NCBI GenBank assembly: GCA_043228905.1
Contig: JBHGNT010000021.1
Span: forward strand, 2,232,001-2,296,000
DNA length: 64,000 nt
Reading direction: 5' to 3'
Source: Azolla caroliniana
Taxonomy: Eukaryota > Plantae > Polypodiophyta
The notes under the pieces are model-generated. The model saw only the letters and a program-made list of their open reading frames with translations. It was not told the origin of the DNA and ran no database searches. The translations under genes and the position numbers were made by a program. Below, in pieces: positions 39,314 through 52,200 of the stretch. Within the stretch, counting starts at the first letter, position 1. Every line of letters starts with the position of its first letter.

Positions 39314-40042
39314 CTATTATGTAAATTATAATCAACCGTGAATTTAATGGAGTCTCAAAGCAATTTGATTGATCCTACATTGATCAAATTATCTTTTTGA
39401 CCTAGGACAATAATGCAATTTTCAAAATTAACAATGGTATTTTTGACATTACACTTAATATGAGGGGTATATTTCTATATTTTCATTTAGAACTTAATAA
39501 TATATATTCAATTAGACAAGGCAACAAGAGGGGGTGAACCTTGTGAAGCAGTGCATGGTGTTTAACCAAGTTATAATATAGATTGTCTACATGCGACTCA
39601 ATGTTTATGAGTTGGAGGTGAATATGTGGTCGTATGTGGTTATCACACGCATTATACTAAAGGGAAATTGTTTATAATCAAAAGTACCAAGAGATCAAAG
39701 CTAGAGGAACATGACTAAAGCATGAGTGAGGGAGTTGAACCAATATTGGTGGAGATTATCATTAAACTACACCAATTATGTGTTTTTTGTGACCATGGAT
39801 AGTATTGATATTTTTGAAATGAAGAAGGGTACTTTTGGAATTTTTCCATGAATAATATGTATACATGCATGATTTCTTTATATTTGGTATATCACGTCTT
39901 GTTTTTGAAACACAATATACATGGAATGAATAAGGAACCATGTTTTAATTGTGTGTGTGTCAACCTTGTTCTTACTTTCTATTTGGATCTTCACTACACG
40001 TAAAACACATGAGTTTACCCTCGAATGGAAAAATTAGAACCT

Positions 40043-40093
<51 letters not shown>

Positions 40094-40102
40094 GATAGAG
40101 AG
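40043..40102. repeat. (TG)n(AG)n compound microsatellite
   Basis: Directly visible. Confidence 0.9.
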
Positions 40103-41260
40103 ATTTAGCGTTCATAGAGAGGGCAATATTGACCCATAGGACCTAAGTACAAAAGTTATCTTGTTGTGCACGCGTGTGTGGGTGTGTGTTTGGTTTGTAT
40201 AGCACTTCCTATTTACAAAACCTTCACTAGCTAGGTTACCTTTATAATTTGATAAGTTGTTCATGCATTTTATGTTAGTAGAGGTAGAAGCAATGTATCT
40301 AAAGTCATGCTTCTTTCATTGTGCATCGATTGTTATGGAGTTTCTTTTGAAACTATCATCACCATCTCTTCCCAAACCTTTGTATATTATGGAAATTTAT
40401 TTACCAACCATCGAGAGACCACAATACGAGCTAAGGTTTGATTGTCTGTCTATATGAGTTTATGTGAAACTTCCATGTTATGCATTACCCTAAAAAAATT
40501 ACATGTCTAGTGATGTTTCGACATAGTTGGTAAACATTTGATATTGTATTAACTATGAAGTGATGCAAGATTTAGGGTTATTCCTTTGAATAGTGATGGG
40601 TATTTCAATTAAAACATAAGAAACATTTCATAAATAAATTATTTGAGTTTCTACTTAATGTGTGAGGGTCATCACAGTGACTATGTAAGATTCCATATAA
40701 TCCCAAACGAATGAATCAAATATTGATTTGTAAAAACATAAAGTCTTGGAGGCTTCTATATAATTAACATGGACTTATCTACAAAAATGGTTGAAAGTAA
40801 AACAATTCCAAAGCACTTGACTCGAGACTATGATGTGAAAAAGAACTCTATTTATGTGGACGGTCACCGAATGTACTTCCATATGACAATATTTTGAAGA
40901 GATTTGGACTCATTTGGAGGACCCTCTCTGTTTTTTATGGTGGTTCTATAATGGGAACCTTGTATTCTCGTTTTCTAAAGACGTTTCCATTTATTCTTCA
41001 AAAATTAATGAACCTAACAATGTCGTGAAGCATAATCTCTGCTTTCGATTGACCCATTGATGTAATTGTGCATTTCATTGAAGGCATGTTTGGAGCTAAA
41101 ATTTGGACAATGTACTCGTTGAAATGATTGTACAATGTATAGTATCTACAATTCCTTGGGTATAATATTGTATGTTATTTTATGTGCCTGACAAATGGAT
41201 GATAATGGACATTGAAGCAACTTGCATGATGTGTTCTCTCATAGGATGCATTAGTAACCA

Positions 41261-41622
41261 ATGATGTAAAAAAACAATTAATAAAATCGAGAAAAATACA
41301 TGACATCTTCCACCTCATAAGATGTTATTTCCAATCACACAATAAGATATATTGCTCAAGATTATGGTTTTTACATAAAATTAAGACTCGCAAATAGAAC
41401 ATGGAGACGTTTGTGCAAATGGCTATTTCGTCAGCTCATAATGATGTAAAAAAACAATTAATAAAATCGAGAAAAATACATGACATCTTCCACCTCATAA
41501 GATGTTATTTCCAATCACACAATAAGATATATTGCTCAAGATTATGATTTTTACATAAAATTAAGACTCGCAAATAGAACATGGAGACATTTGTGCAAAT
41601 GGCTATTTCGTCACCTCATAAT
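41261..41622. repeat. Near-perfect 180-bp tandem duplication
   Basis: ATGATGTAAAAAAACAATTAATAAAATCGAG... at 41261 and 41441; about 3 mismatches. Confidence 0.95.
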
Positions 41623-42058
41623 TTCCCCATATTTAGAAGAAGTCACAAAAAAGTCAATGTAATAAACAAGTTCTCAATTCTAAACCATTTGTTGTACATG
41701 CATGGAATTTTATTGTTCGTTCGTTCAAGGAAGTTCTTATCTTTTGGAGATTTGCTTGTTTCTTCACATACCCATGAAATCCTCTGCATATATTCCTATT
41801 CTATGATCATGTATGCCCAAAACAACCATATCATAAGACAATGAGATCACTTCTTGACCAAAAAGCAAATTATAAGCCCACACTCATCTAAGCAAGGGTT
41901 GACATCCTATACCACCATGCCATACTGTAGTATTGTACATATATGTTCTTCAATAAAATAATATTCAATTGATTTTACCTCTATGTGAAAGTAAGGGAGA
42001 CACAATATTTTTTTACGAGCTTCGTTAACTTCTCTAGAATTGAGGGAAATTTTCAACC

Positions 42059-42457
42059 TTCCATACTCAATCAAACATTGTAGGCATCCAAACGATAGGG
42101 CAAAACAACTTAGGCATAACACACAATTTTGCAATGCTATTTCTCAAATATAGAAGCGTATTTGCAGGTTCTGAAATTGACGGTTACTCCATGATCATGA
42201 CAAAGGATTGGGGTCTATTTGCACGACTCCTTTTTCATCCCTCAAAACTAAGTGTTTGCTTCCATACGCAATCAAACATTGTAGTCATCCAAACGATAGG
42301 GCAAAAAAACTTAGGCATAACACACAAATTTGCAATGTTATCTCTCAAATATAGAAGCATATTTGCAAGTTCTTAAAGTGACGGTTACTCCATGATCATG
42401 ACAAAGGGATCATGGTCTATTTGCACAACTCCTTTTTTGTACCTCAAAACTAAGTGT
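42059..42457. repeat. ~201-bp tandem duplication
   Basis: CCATAC.CAATCAAACATTGTAG..CATCCAAACGATAGGGC at 42061 and 42262; both units end CTCAAAACTAAGTGT. Confidence 0.9.
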
Positions 42458-42744
42458 GCGCTCACACACTGAAGGTTATGCCATTGCTTGGATACTCAAT
42501 ACGACATGATAGCCACACTACCCATTCAAATGTCCGGGAAGTGGAATATATGACAAAAAGGAGTCTTGCCATTTAAAACTTGGCCCGATACCTTTCAAGA
42601 AGAGTGAAAGGGCACATCCAACTTTGCAATGTATGACAACAAATGCAATTTCTCTCGGAACAAGGGTGCATTCGCAAGCTCGAGGTTCGGTTTTCGCACC
42701 TTTCATATTGGGGGGGGGGGGGCTCGAGAGGCAGATTTTGTGGC

Positions 42745-43104
42745 TAACAATCGGCAATGGTTCAGTTCAGTTTGAAGAGGGTCAAAACCGAACCATTAAA
42801 ATTGTTTCAAACCAGAACCAAACCAAACCGAACCACGAAAACCCTAAAACCTCCTTGTTTGAAACCAGAACCAAACCACGCCGCGGTTTCGTGGTTCGGT
42901 TTCGGTTTTTCAACTTAGGTCAAATTGTAAAAATCTTTAAAATTATAATATTTCATTATTTTAAAATTTTAAAGATGTTCCTAAAATGTGAGAATAAGGT
43001 CTAAAAATGAAAAGATTAGTTTGAAACAATTTTTTAAATTAAAAAGAAGAAGATAAAAAACCATTAAACCGCGGTTTCGCGGTTCGGTTCGGTTCCGATT
43101 GTTA
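42745..43104. mobile_element. hAT-superfamily MITE (360 bp) upstream of EHD gene
   Basis: Perfect 10-bp TIR TAACAATCGG / CCGATTGTTA. Perfect 8-bp TSD TTTGTGGC (42737-42744, 43105-43112). Many subterminal AAACCG/GGTTC motifs. Confidence 0.92.
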
Positions 43105-43700
43105 TTTGTGGCCGTAGGGGAGGTAAGCGTGTGCTTCGTGAAAAGCAAAGCATGACAAAAAAACCTGGACCCGGCCATAATATGGACGAGGGAAGACATA
43201 CATACATACATACATACATACATACACAGGGGATGCTATGGTATGTGATCATGATCGTCATCACCATCACCATCACCATCATCATGATCATGAATCATGA
43301 ATCATGATGATGATCACCATGATGATCATCATGATCATGTCGATCTGCGGGGACACACACGCACACATACACACGGGGAAACACAAGCAGAAACGGTAGG
43401 GGCGGCGCGTACACGCAATTCCCAGAAGAGCTCGCGGGCTCCCTCAGAAACGGAGAGCGAGACTGATTGGATTTCTTAGAATTACAGACAAAACACCCTC
43501 CGACACGCGGTGACTGACGCAGATTCCTCAGAAGCGGACGGAAGTGGGGAGCATTGCCAGAAGCTGCAAGAGATTGCGACGGCTTTCTCAGGACCTGTGA
43601 GAGGGAGAGGGAGAGATCGCTTTCTCGGAAACGGGGAGAGGGAGAGCTAGAGATCTCTCAGATACAGATAGTGAGAAGAGAAATAGATAGATAGATTGAT

Positions 43701-43702
<2 letters not shown>

Positions 43703-43755
<53 letters not shown>
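43703..43755 (+). repeat. (GA)n microsatellite in EHD 5' leader (potential BBR/BPC GAGA site)
   Basis: Pure (GA)n ~60 nt upstream of the ATG. Any binding function is inference. Confidence 0.7.
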
Positions 43756-43758
<3 letters not shown>

Positions 43759-43812
43759 TTTCGCAGGACACCCAAACGATTCTGTAAAGGTCCATTTGGA
43801 GAGTGCAAAGCC

Positions 43813-45786
43813 ATGGACATCCTTGCAGTTCGTCACTCCAGTTATGGCAGAGGCGATGAACAGATCTACAAGCAGTGGTTCGATTATGCAGATCAAGGTA
43901 AAAACCTTTCTCTTATAATCCCTTGACAAAATCCTCTTTTTGATTTAGATTCTCTACGGATCTCCACAGTTTCCTGATCATAAACGGAAATTTTGTTTAC
44001 TGCATTTCCGTTGGATTTCAGCTGTGCGGTTTGCATTTATCATTTCCCATATCTTTATAAGAATTGCAGCTTACATTCTTGCTTTGGCAAATTCGTCCTG
44101 GAAATGTTGCTTACAGTACAATTAGATCGTATCGCGTGTTGATTTCATTATTTTGTTAGCTTCTTTGTAAACTTCAAACTTACTTTGCCACTTTGATCAA
44201 ATCATGTCGCTTCCATTCATCATTACATTATTCTTCTAATTTTGTAAGATTATAGTTTACCTTACTTGCATTGATAAATCTTCCTGGGGATGTTTGTCTA
44301 CATTTCAATTTGATCATAGTGTGATTTTCATGGTTTACAAGACATTAATTTAGCTTTGTAAGGATTACTTTTCCTGCCCTGATAAATCACCAGGGAAATG
44401 TTACTCCCATTCATTATGTCCTGTGATTGTAAGGTTCAATATTAATTGATTTCTTTAGGGAAATTTTGTTTGACATTCAATTAGGTCCAACTTTGTGGTT
44501 TGCCTTCATTATTTTGCCATGAACTCCTCAGCTTTGTAATGATCATACTTACTTTGCATGCCATGCCGAATCTTTAGAAAAACTTTGTTTACAGCTGTTT
44601 TAAAATCTAGTTTTGTTAATTTTCATTTATCATGTTATCATCGTTTCTTTGCCTTTGTAAGGTTCAATCTAAATTTGCTCGCCTGGATAAAATTTCAGAG
44701 AGATTTTGTTTGCAAATAATTTTGATATTGCACTGTTAATTTGTTTTGTGATTCATGCCATCATTTCCTCTGGGGTTGTAAGAATCAAGCCTACATGCAT
44801 GACTTCCTGAATCTTCAAGGAAATGTTGCCAAAAAGATTGTGCCCAAGGTTTCAGCTACAACGCTTAGCCTAAATGAACCAACTTATAACATGTAATTGA
44901 TTAGGTAACGAAGAAAATAACTAGCTTAATACAATACTCACTAATTCCTCTTTATTGCCCAAAGAATTGAAAGTCTCATATAGATGTTAGAAAGAACTCT
45001 CCCTTCATCCACTTAATCAACTTTAGAAGGATTAAGTAGGAGCTCAAAAAGTGGACTTTTGATTGTGCGTACAAACAAAAAGAGAACCTTTTGTGGAGAG
45101 TCAAAAAATAGCTTTTATACTCCTCTTTACAAAATGCTGCTTGCCATAAAGGCCATGGCTTAGCACACCTGACTGGACATAAAGTGCTCTTTCAGAGCAT
45201 GTGCCAATGCATAAGGGATGTTTCTACATTAATGCATAGGTTTTTACATAGTAGGGTATGTGCTAATGCCACGAAAGATGCACAAGAAGTGTAACATCTT
45301 GAGGGTACTTAAACATGTTGTTTACAGTTTAATTAGGATTATCCTACCTTGATAAATTAAATTCGTGTGGGAGATATTGTTTGCATTTCATTTACATCTA
45401 GCTGTATGCATTGCATTCAAGATTTTACCATTATTTCGTTGGCTTTGTAAAGATTGATTTTACTTTTGCTTGCATTGATAATTCATTGGGAGGAATGTTG
45501 TCTACAATTTATTTAGATCTAACAATGTTATCTCATTCATGTTTCTATCATTTCCTTCGCTTTGTAAGATCAACATTATTTTTCCTGTATTGATCACATC
45601 TCATGGAAATGCTACTCACAATTGATTAAAGTTCATTGTTTTACCATCACTTCCTTGGTGAATAGATGGCGATGGTCGGATAACAGGTGCAGATGCTGTG
45701 AATTTCTTCTCACTGTCAAAGCTTTCTAGACCAGACTTGAAGCAGGTACTCTTTTAAGTTCAGAATCACATGATTGTGTCCAATGA

Positions 45787-45860
<74 letters not shown>

Positions 45861-46136
45861 TATATTAACGTCTTTTAAGAGGCCAAAATGGCCTGTAAGA
45901 CCAAATAAGAGATTACATCTTAAGTGTTGTCTCGTCTTTGAGAACAAATCAAAATAAAATAAATATTACACAGTAAATATAAAAGTAAATAGCATGAAAA
46001 GAAAAGAAAAGAGGGAATCTGGTTTTTTGGCACATGTGAGATCCTTAAGTTAGGTATATTGTAGCTTTTGTCTTCAAAAGATCTCTAGCATAGGTCAATC
46101 TAGAATGGAAATGTCTTCGAAGCGAGGGGAAGCACC

Positions 46137-46230
<94 letters not shown>

Positions 46231-49200
46231 CTATTATTGTCTTCAGAGGCGAAATATGACCTATGAGACCAAAAGTATTACATTTCACGTAATACATGTG
46301 AAAGAAAGAAAGATTCTATTATCGTCTTTGGAGGTCAAATATGACCCATGAGACCAAAAATATTACATTTCACATTGTACATGTGAAAATGAATAGCGAC
46401 TCTCGATGTTCAAGAACTTTACCAACGAATGCTACAATTGAGGGTGCACATTGTGATTGTAGCACATTCATTCCATCTATGATTTGAAGGAACTTCAAGG
46501 CCAAGATATTTGAAACATTCTACGCATTCAAGTGGCTCATTATTGTACATAATGCATGGTTTATCTTTTTTTTGGCTCTTCACAAGCATAATCTTTGTTT
46601 TAGAGTTGTTAACACTTAATTTAGTATGCATGCAAAACTTTTCCAAAGCCTTCATAAACTTTTGTGCGTCTCCTATAGTATTTGCAAAAAGCACTACATC
46701 ATTCGCATATAACAAAAGCATAATGGCTACATTCATAATGACAACTTCTTCAATGCCTTTTTCCTTGACAAACTTGACAACCATTTCTTGCAACTCATCA
46801 ATGCATAGATCAACTAGTGTTGGTGAGAGTGAGCATCCTTGCTTAACACCAATAGTGTTGAAAAAATCTAAAAGTCTATTGCTCCTACGCACACAACATA
46901 TAACCTTCTCATAGATTTGGGAAATTACAAGCATATATTCACTTGGTACCTCGTGTTCTTCCGTTCGCCTTCAAAGATGCTCACGAGGTACCATATCAAA
47001 AGCTTTTTTTGAAGTCTACGGAGGCCAAAATGGCCTATAAGTCCAAGATTACATCTTAAAAATTTGTCTCATCTTTGAGAACAACAAACCAAAATAAATG
47101 CAACTAAGTAAAAAAAGCAAACTGAAATAGAAATAAGATGTGATTAAAGAATCTCATCATCTATACATGTAAGGTTCTCAAGCCAGATGTATTTTACTTT
47201 GTTCTTCAAAAGATCTCTAACTTGGGTCAATCTAGAATGGAGAAGTCTCCGAAGTGAGGGAACCGCTTGCAATGACAGGAGATAATGGCCTTTATCTATC
47301 GATGAAAAGGATGGGGTGATCGTGATCACAAGGCTAGGGTCTTCATGCACAAGAAATCGCTATTGCCCGATCTATTGTAACCCCGTTGCAATATCCTGTT
47401 TGGGAGCCGATTTGTATCTGTAATTGACCGTGTAGCATATGTGCACAATGTTCCAAAGTTCTCTTTGAGTTCAGGATTGAGTAATTTTGTTCTTTGGCTA
47501 AATTCTTAAAATAATAGAAATGTGGAGAGGAATCTTGCTGAGCTTCTGGGCAGCAGTCATTTTGACTAGGTACTTGCAGATTATGAATCCGTTTTTTTTC
47601 TTATGTGTACCTGGCACTTGTTAAGGATATAGAGAGTGTCTCGGATAGACGTTTATATTCATTTCTCTAGTACCATATGTTGTTCTCATAGATGAGAAAA
47701 TGTTGTAAGATATAACCTCATTTTGGTAGTATAGGCCATTTTGGCCTCTTAAAAGAAGTTAATATAATTTTCTTTCTTTTCTATGAGCAGAGAGATATGT
47801 GCAGATTTCTGTGTGGTTTTCTGAATGATGTCATATGAATTTTGAGTAGAGACAGATCATTCGTTGTCTTTGGCAAGAGGGTGAGTACAGTGAATGCAAA
47901 TGGATGACAACTCACTCTCAGATAGGCAGTGTAATCCTGAATTGATTTAAGAGGGCCAACCTGGGTTATTTTTTCTTGCATTCTCTTAATTTTCAAGAGA
48001 TTATGCAATGAGTTATAATTGATATTTGAACTCCCTGTTAGACAATTTATTCTTTGAGCTCGTTGTGCCATAAGATGCATGTCAGCTGACTGTATCAGAA
48101 TATTGGCCCTTTTCTTCTTTAATCTGGTTGTGTACATTTTAGAGGCAAGTCAACTGGTTACCTTCATTCCATATAAATAAGTCTCGTGACTGGATAAGGA
48201 TAGCTATTTATTGGAAACAAAGGAAGCTGTGAAGGCATAGTAGCATCTGTTCTCAGTTTCTCTGTTGGTATCAGAAGTTGACTTCAGTTTTCTCTCTCCC
48301 TCTTTTTATTATTCATCTCATTCTTGCTACATTGCCATCTTGCAGATGGTTTAGAAGCCAATCCCCTATATTTAGGAAACAAGGAAGCTGTGAAGGCATA
48401 GTAGCAGCTGTTCTCAGTTTCTCAGTTGGTATCGAAATTGATTTCAGTTTTCTCTCTCTCTCCCTCTTTTTATTATTCATCTCATTCTTCCTACCGCTGC
48501 CATCTTGCAGATGGTTTAGAAGCCAATCCCCTATATTTACTGTTTATGACTTGTATATCCCTCTTCTTTTCAATATACAATGAAGCAAATCAAATAGCAA
48601 GGACAATTTACTATTGTCATGAGGTCTTTCAGATAGAGTTTCATGAATGACCTGTACAACAAGAAGATTCCATGTGTTATTTTGTGGTTGACGTTGCCGG
48701 AGATTCAAAGGAAAGTTATGTGTTTTAGATTTTGATTTTAGGGAACAGAGGTAGAAAGTATAGCAACTACTATGTAGTGTTGGAAAATATTCATACTTTC
48801 TGCTACTTGAGTTGATTGATAGTTTTTTAAACAGAGAGTCTATACAAGTTCTTTGAAGGTGCAATTTCTTCAAATTATCTTCATATAGAAACCTTGGACT
48901 TGCAAGGCAAGTGCAAGGAATCAAGATTCAAGGATGCCAAATAAATTGGTAAGATGACATCCAGAGTTTCTAATCCTTGTTTTTGAAGGAAGAATAGGAA
49001 AAAACGCTTCCACCATGTGCAAGAGAACAAATGAACTAGAGCTTTATTGAGGATCCATAGGCTTGCGATGAGAATGCGTTGTTCTTTTTTCGGAGGTACA
49101 ATTTTTTTATTTATTTCTTTGAGTTGGTCCAAAGCTAATAATGTATGGTGATGAGATGACTCTTTCACAAGGATAATGTGGATTGTTCTAGACATTCAGG

Positions 49201-52200
49201 ATAGACTTGGGGCTATGTATTGAGATTCTTATTTGAACAGAAAAATTTTCTTTACTAGGTCTCTTGATTGTAGTTATTATGAGCATTTGAAGTGGTGGTT
49301 GAAAATAATCAAAGCACATAAACGGTTCTCAATATACAAGTAATAACTTGCATTATATCTTAATCTTGTAACTGACATCTGGTCTTAACGAGATGGAGGC
49401 ATGTTAGGACCTCCCAGAAATGGAAGCCCATTTTAGAACCTGAAGGGATGTCAAAACCTTATGGAAGCTAGCAATGACATCATCAACGTGACATCAACTT
49501 CATTTCTAGTGACAAGTTTTAGTCAAGAGTGGTTGTAGGTCTAACCTTTTATTGTTGTCCATGGAACTCTTGAATCTCAAATCTTCAAAATTAGAAGCCA
49601 AATTTCGTGTGCTCATCTATGGATAGCATAACTCTTTCAAATGCCAATGTATTAATGTAGGAATTTGTCACAATGCAATTATAGAAAAATAAATCTTAAA
49701 TTTGAGCCCTTTATGAATCACTGAAACTGGCCTTAGGAACTTCTTGATGGTGGTAAAACCCTGATTGAACCGCTAGGATTGCTTAATTTCACTATTGAAG
49801 AAGTTTTATGTAAATGAAGAATGATCTATTTAAGATTTTATATGTGCTATGGCTTAATTTCACATCCTGTAATCTAAATTGCTCCTGAAACGAAGAATGT
49901 GAAAGGTAAAACCCAAATGCTTTTGTATTTCTTTTAATAATGTCTAATAGAAGATAATACAATAAGATAAGACACAAACTCTAGAAATACGGACAACAGT
50001 TTTAGCCTATTTCAGCAATACAACCCATATCTAGAGCTTCGAAAGTATTTCTATTGAGCATACAAGCAAAGACAGTAAACTAGCTATGATTCCTGCAGTT
50101 TTTTTTTCTGACATCACTCATTCCTCTCTAAAACTGAAATTTTAGTTTTGGTCAAAAGAGAAGTTTGTTTGAATGAGAAATTCTTTCTCACGCTGCCCAG
50201 TGTCACCTCTCCAAGGAAAAAACCACTTATCACTCACTTACATGTATGTAGGGTCTCATCTAAAGTGACTTTATAAGGTACAGCTGTTCAATTGAGTGCA
50301 CACACCTCTATGCATCAGAATCAAATGCTAATTGGACTGATCGCAGGGCATGCCAACTCTGGCTCCTCCAGTCTACGAACCATAAGCCCTTGACCTTTTC
50401 ATGTTGGCGATGCAATGTTGGCTCGCTTGATTTCAAGATTTTGTATGAGCAAGTAAAAGAAAATATCATAAAAGAGAACAAACATATCATATTTTGGTGA
50501 CCTTCATGTTTATCAATCTTGATTTGTGATTGAGATTGCTTTCTCACAAGAGTAATAAGTATGGGAAATTGTAGATACATGGAATGTTAGTTGAATCTTC
50601 ATGGCTTGTTGTAGATGAATATAATAGTCTAGAGCCATGTACAATCCAACTTTTGACAAGGACACGGTGATTGCAGTTCGTCAAGGAGAAGCCATACTTG
50701 ATTTTGCTGGTTTGACATTCTTTAGTGTGCTTGTCCTGGCATTGAGCTTTGTTAGATAGCCCGCAATGGAAGGCCTAAAAGAACTATATGCCAGTATTTT
50801 GTAGATTGACTTGAGTGATCTTTTCCACTGATGTAGTACCATGGTGGCTGATTTTTCTTTTTGCACGTTGAAATGTCTCTTTACATCTGACTCTGCTGGA
50901 CAGCAGAAATTAGGCCCTGGCTGCTCGTAATTCTCAGAAAATTAGAATGTCACTAGAAATGCTGGGCCCAGAAACAGCAAAGTGAATACATTGGAGTGCT
51001 CATATCTGGCTGAAGCTTTGAAAGCATTCTAATTTCTAATTTATATTTTCTTGAATAATTTAAAGAAATTTCTTAAGGGTCTCTCAGCTTTAGGCATTAC
51101 AGTGTATCTTGTATGCTCCAATGAATTAAACTGTTTGGGCGAAAGGTTTATGAATGGTGAATCTAGTGTTATACCACCAGTGTTGCTTGTTTTGATCAGT
51201 GTTTTTCTTCCTCTTTGCTGCTGCCTCTGTTTCCAATATTTCTTTCTTCTTTATTTTTCTTGATTATGTTATGGACTTTTTCATTGGCATTTGCACTATT
51301 TATAGAGCACCACATCTTGTAACTCATAGTTCTGCATCCCAAGTCTCCTGTATACAAGTATTTAGGTGCTCAAATTATACAATAACTATACTCATTTAAC
51401 GATATTCACAGGAAACACATTTTATGCATCTGATTTATCTCTAGGGAAATATGGAATTCTAAGAGTTAACAGGATATTTCTTTCTTGCTGTGGAGTTGAT
51501 TTATTAAGAAACTTATCCTGCAGGTTTGGGCAGTGGCAGATTCTAAACGACAGGGATTTCTTGGGTTTCAAGATTTTGTAACAGCAATGCAGGTTTTGAG
51601 TTCGTAATACTTAATTTATTATCTCTCAGATTATATAGGACATCCGTTATTTACGAGCTATTTCATAGAATGTTCTACAAAGAGATTGTTTGACTCAATT
51701 GCAGATAATATCTCTTGCACAAACTGGCAACCCCATATCTAGTGACATACTCATCGGCCATGGTATGTGTACCTTATATCTGTTTATCCAACATGGTTAC
51801 ATTAATATCTGGTTGCATTTTCTCTAATATTGTGGTATTGTTATCTTTGCAGATTTAGAGAACATCAGTCCTCCCGTCATGGAAGGTTTAGATCAATTAC
51901 TGTCTGTAAGTAAAACATGTATTGTAGCTTGTGTATCACATTTCTGCTTCTAGTCTGATATATGAACTTCCATTTATATTAACTATTTGTTTCATACTTT
52001 ACAGAAAAGCCGGATCCCACCAACAGTAGATGTTCATATGAATGGTAGTTAAACTTCATTCATTTTCCATGTGTGGACACCATATTTATGTGTTCACTGT
52101 CAAAGTTTGGGACCAGGGTTGATTCTCTCTTAAATTATTTTCAGGTACCTCACCACAAATCCAATCCACTACGTCACAATGGTTCAACCAAAAACCAACA

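Noticed and set aside
43064-43929. ORFs rich in M/H/D or ER/LS repeats
   Set aside because: Translations of microsatellites. The real EHD start is 43813.
48880-49380. Possible old LINE remnant in EHD intron 2
   Set aside because: Only vague similarity and no diagnostic motif readable.
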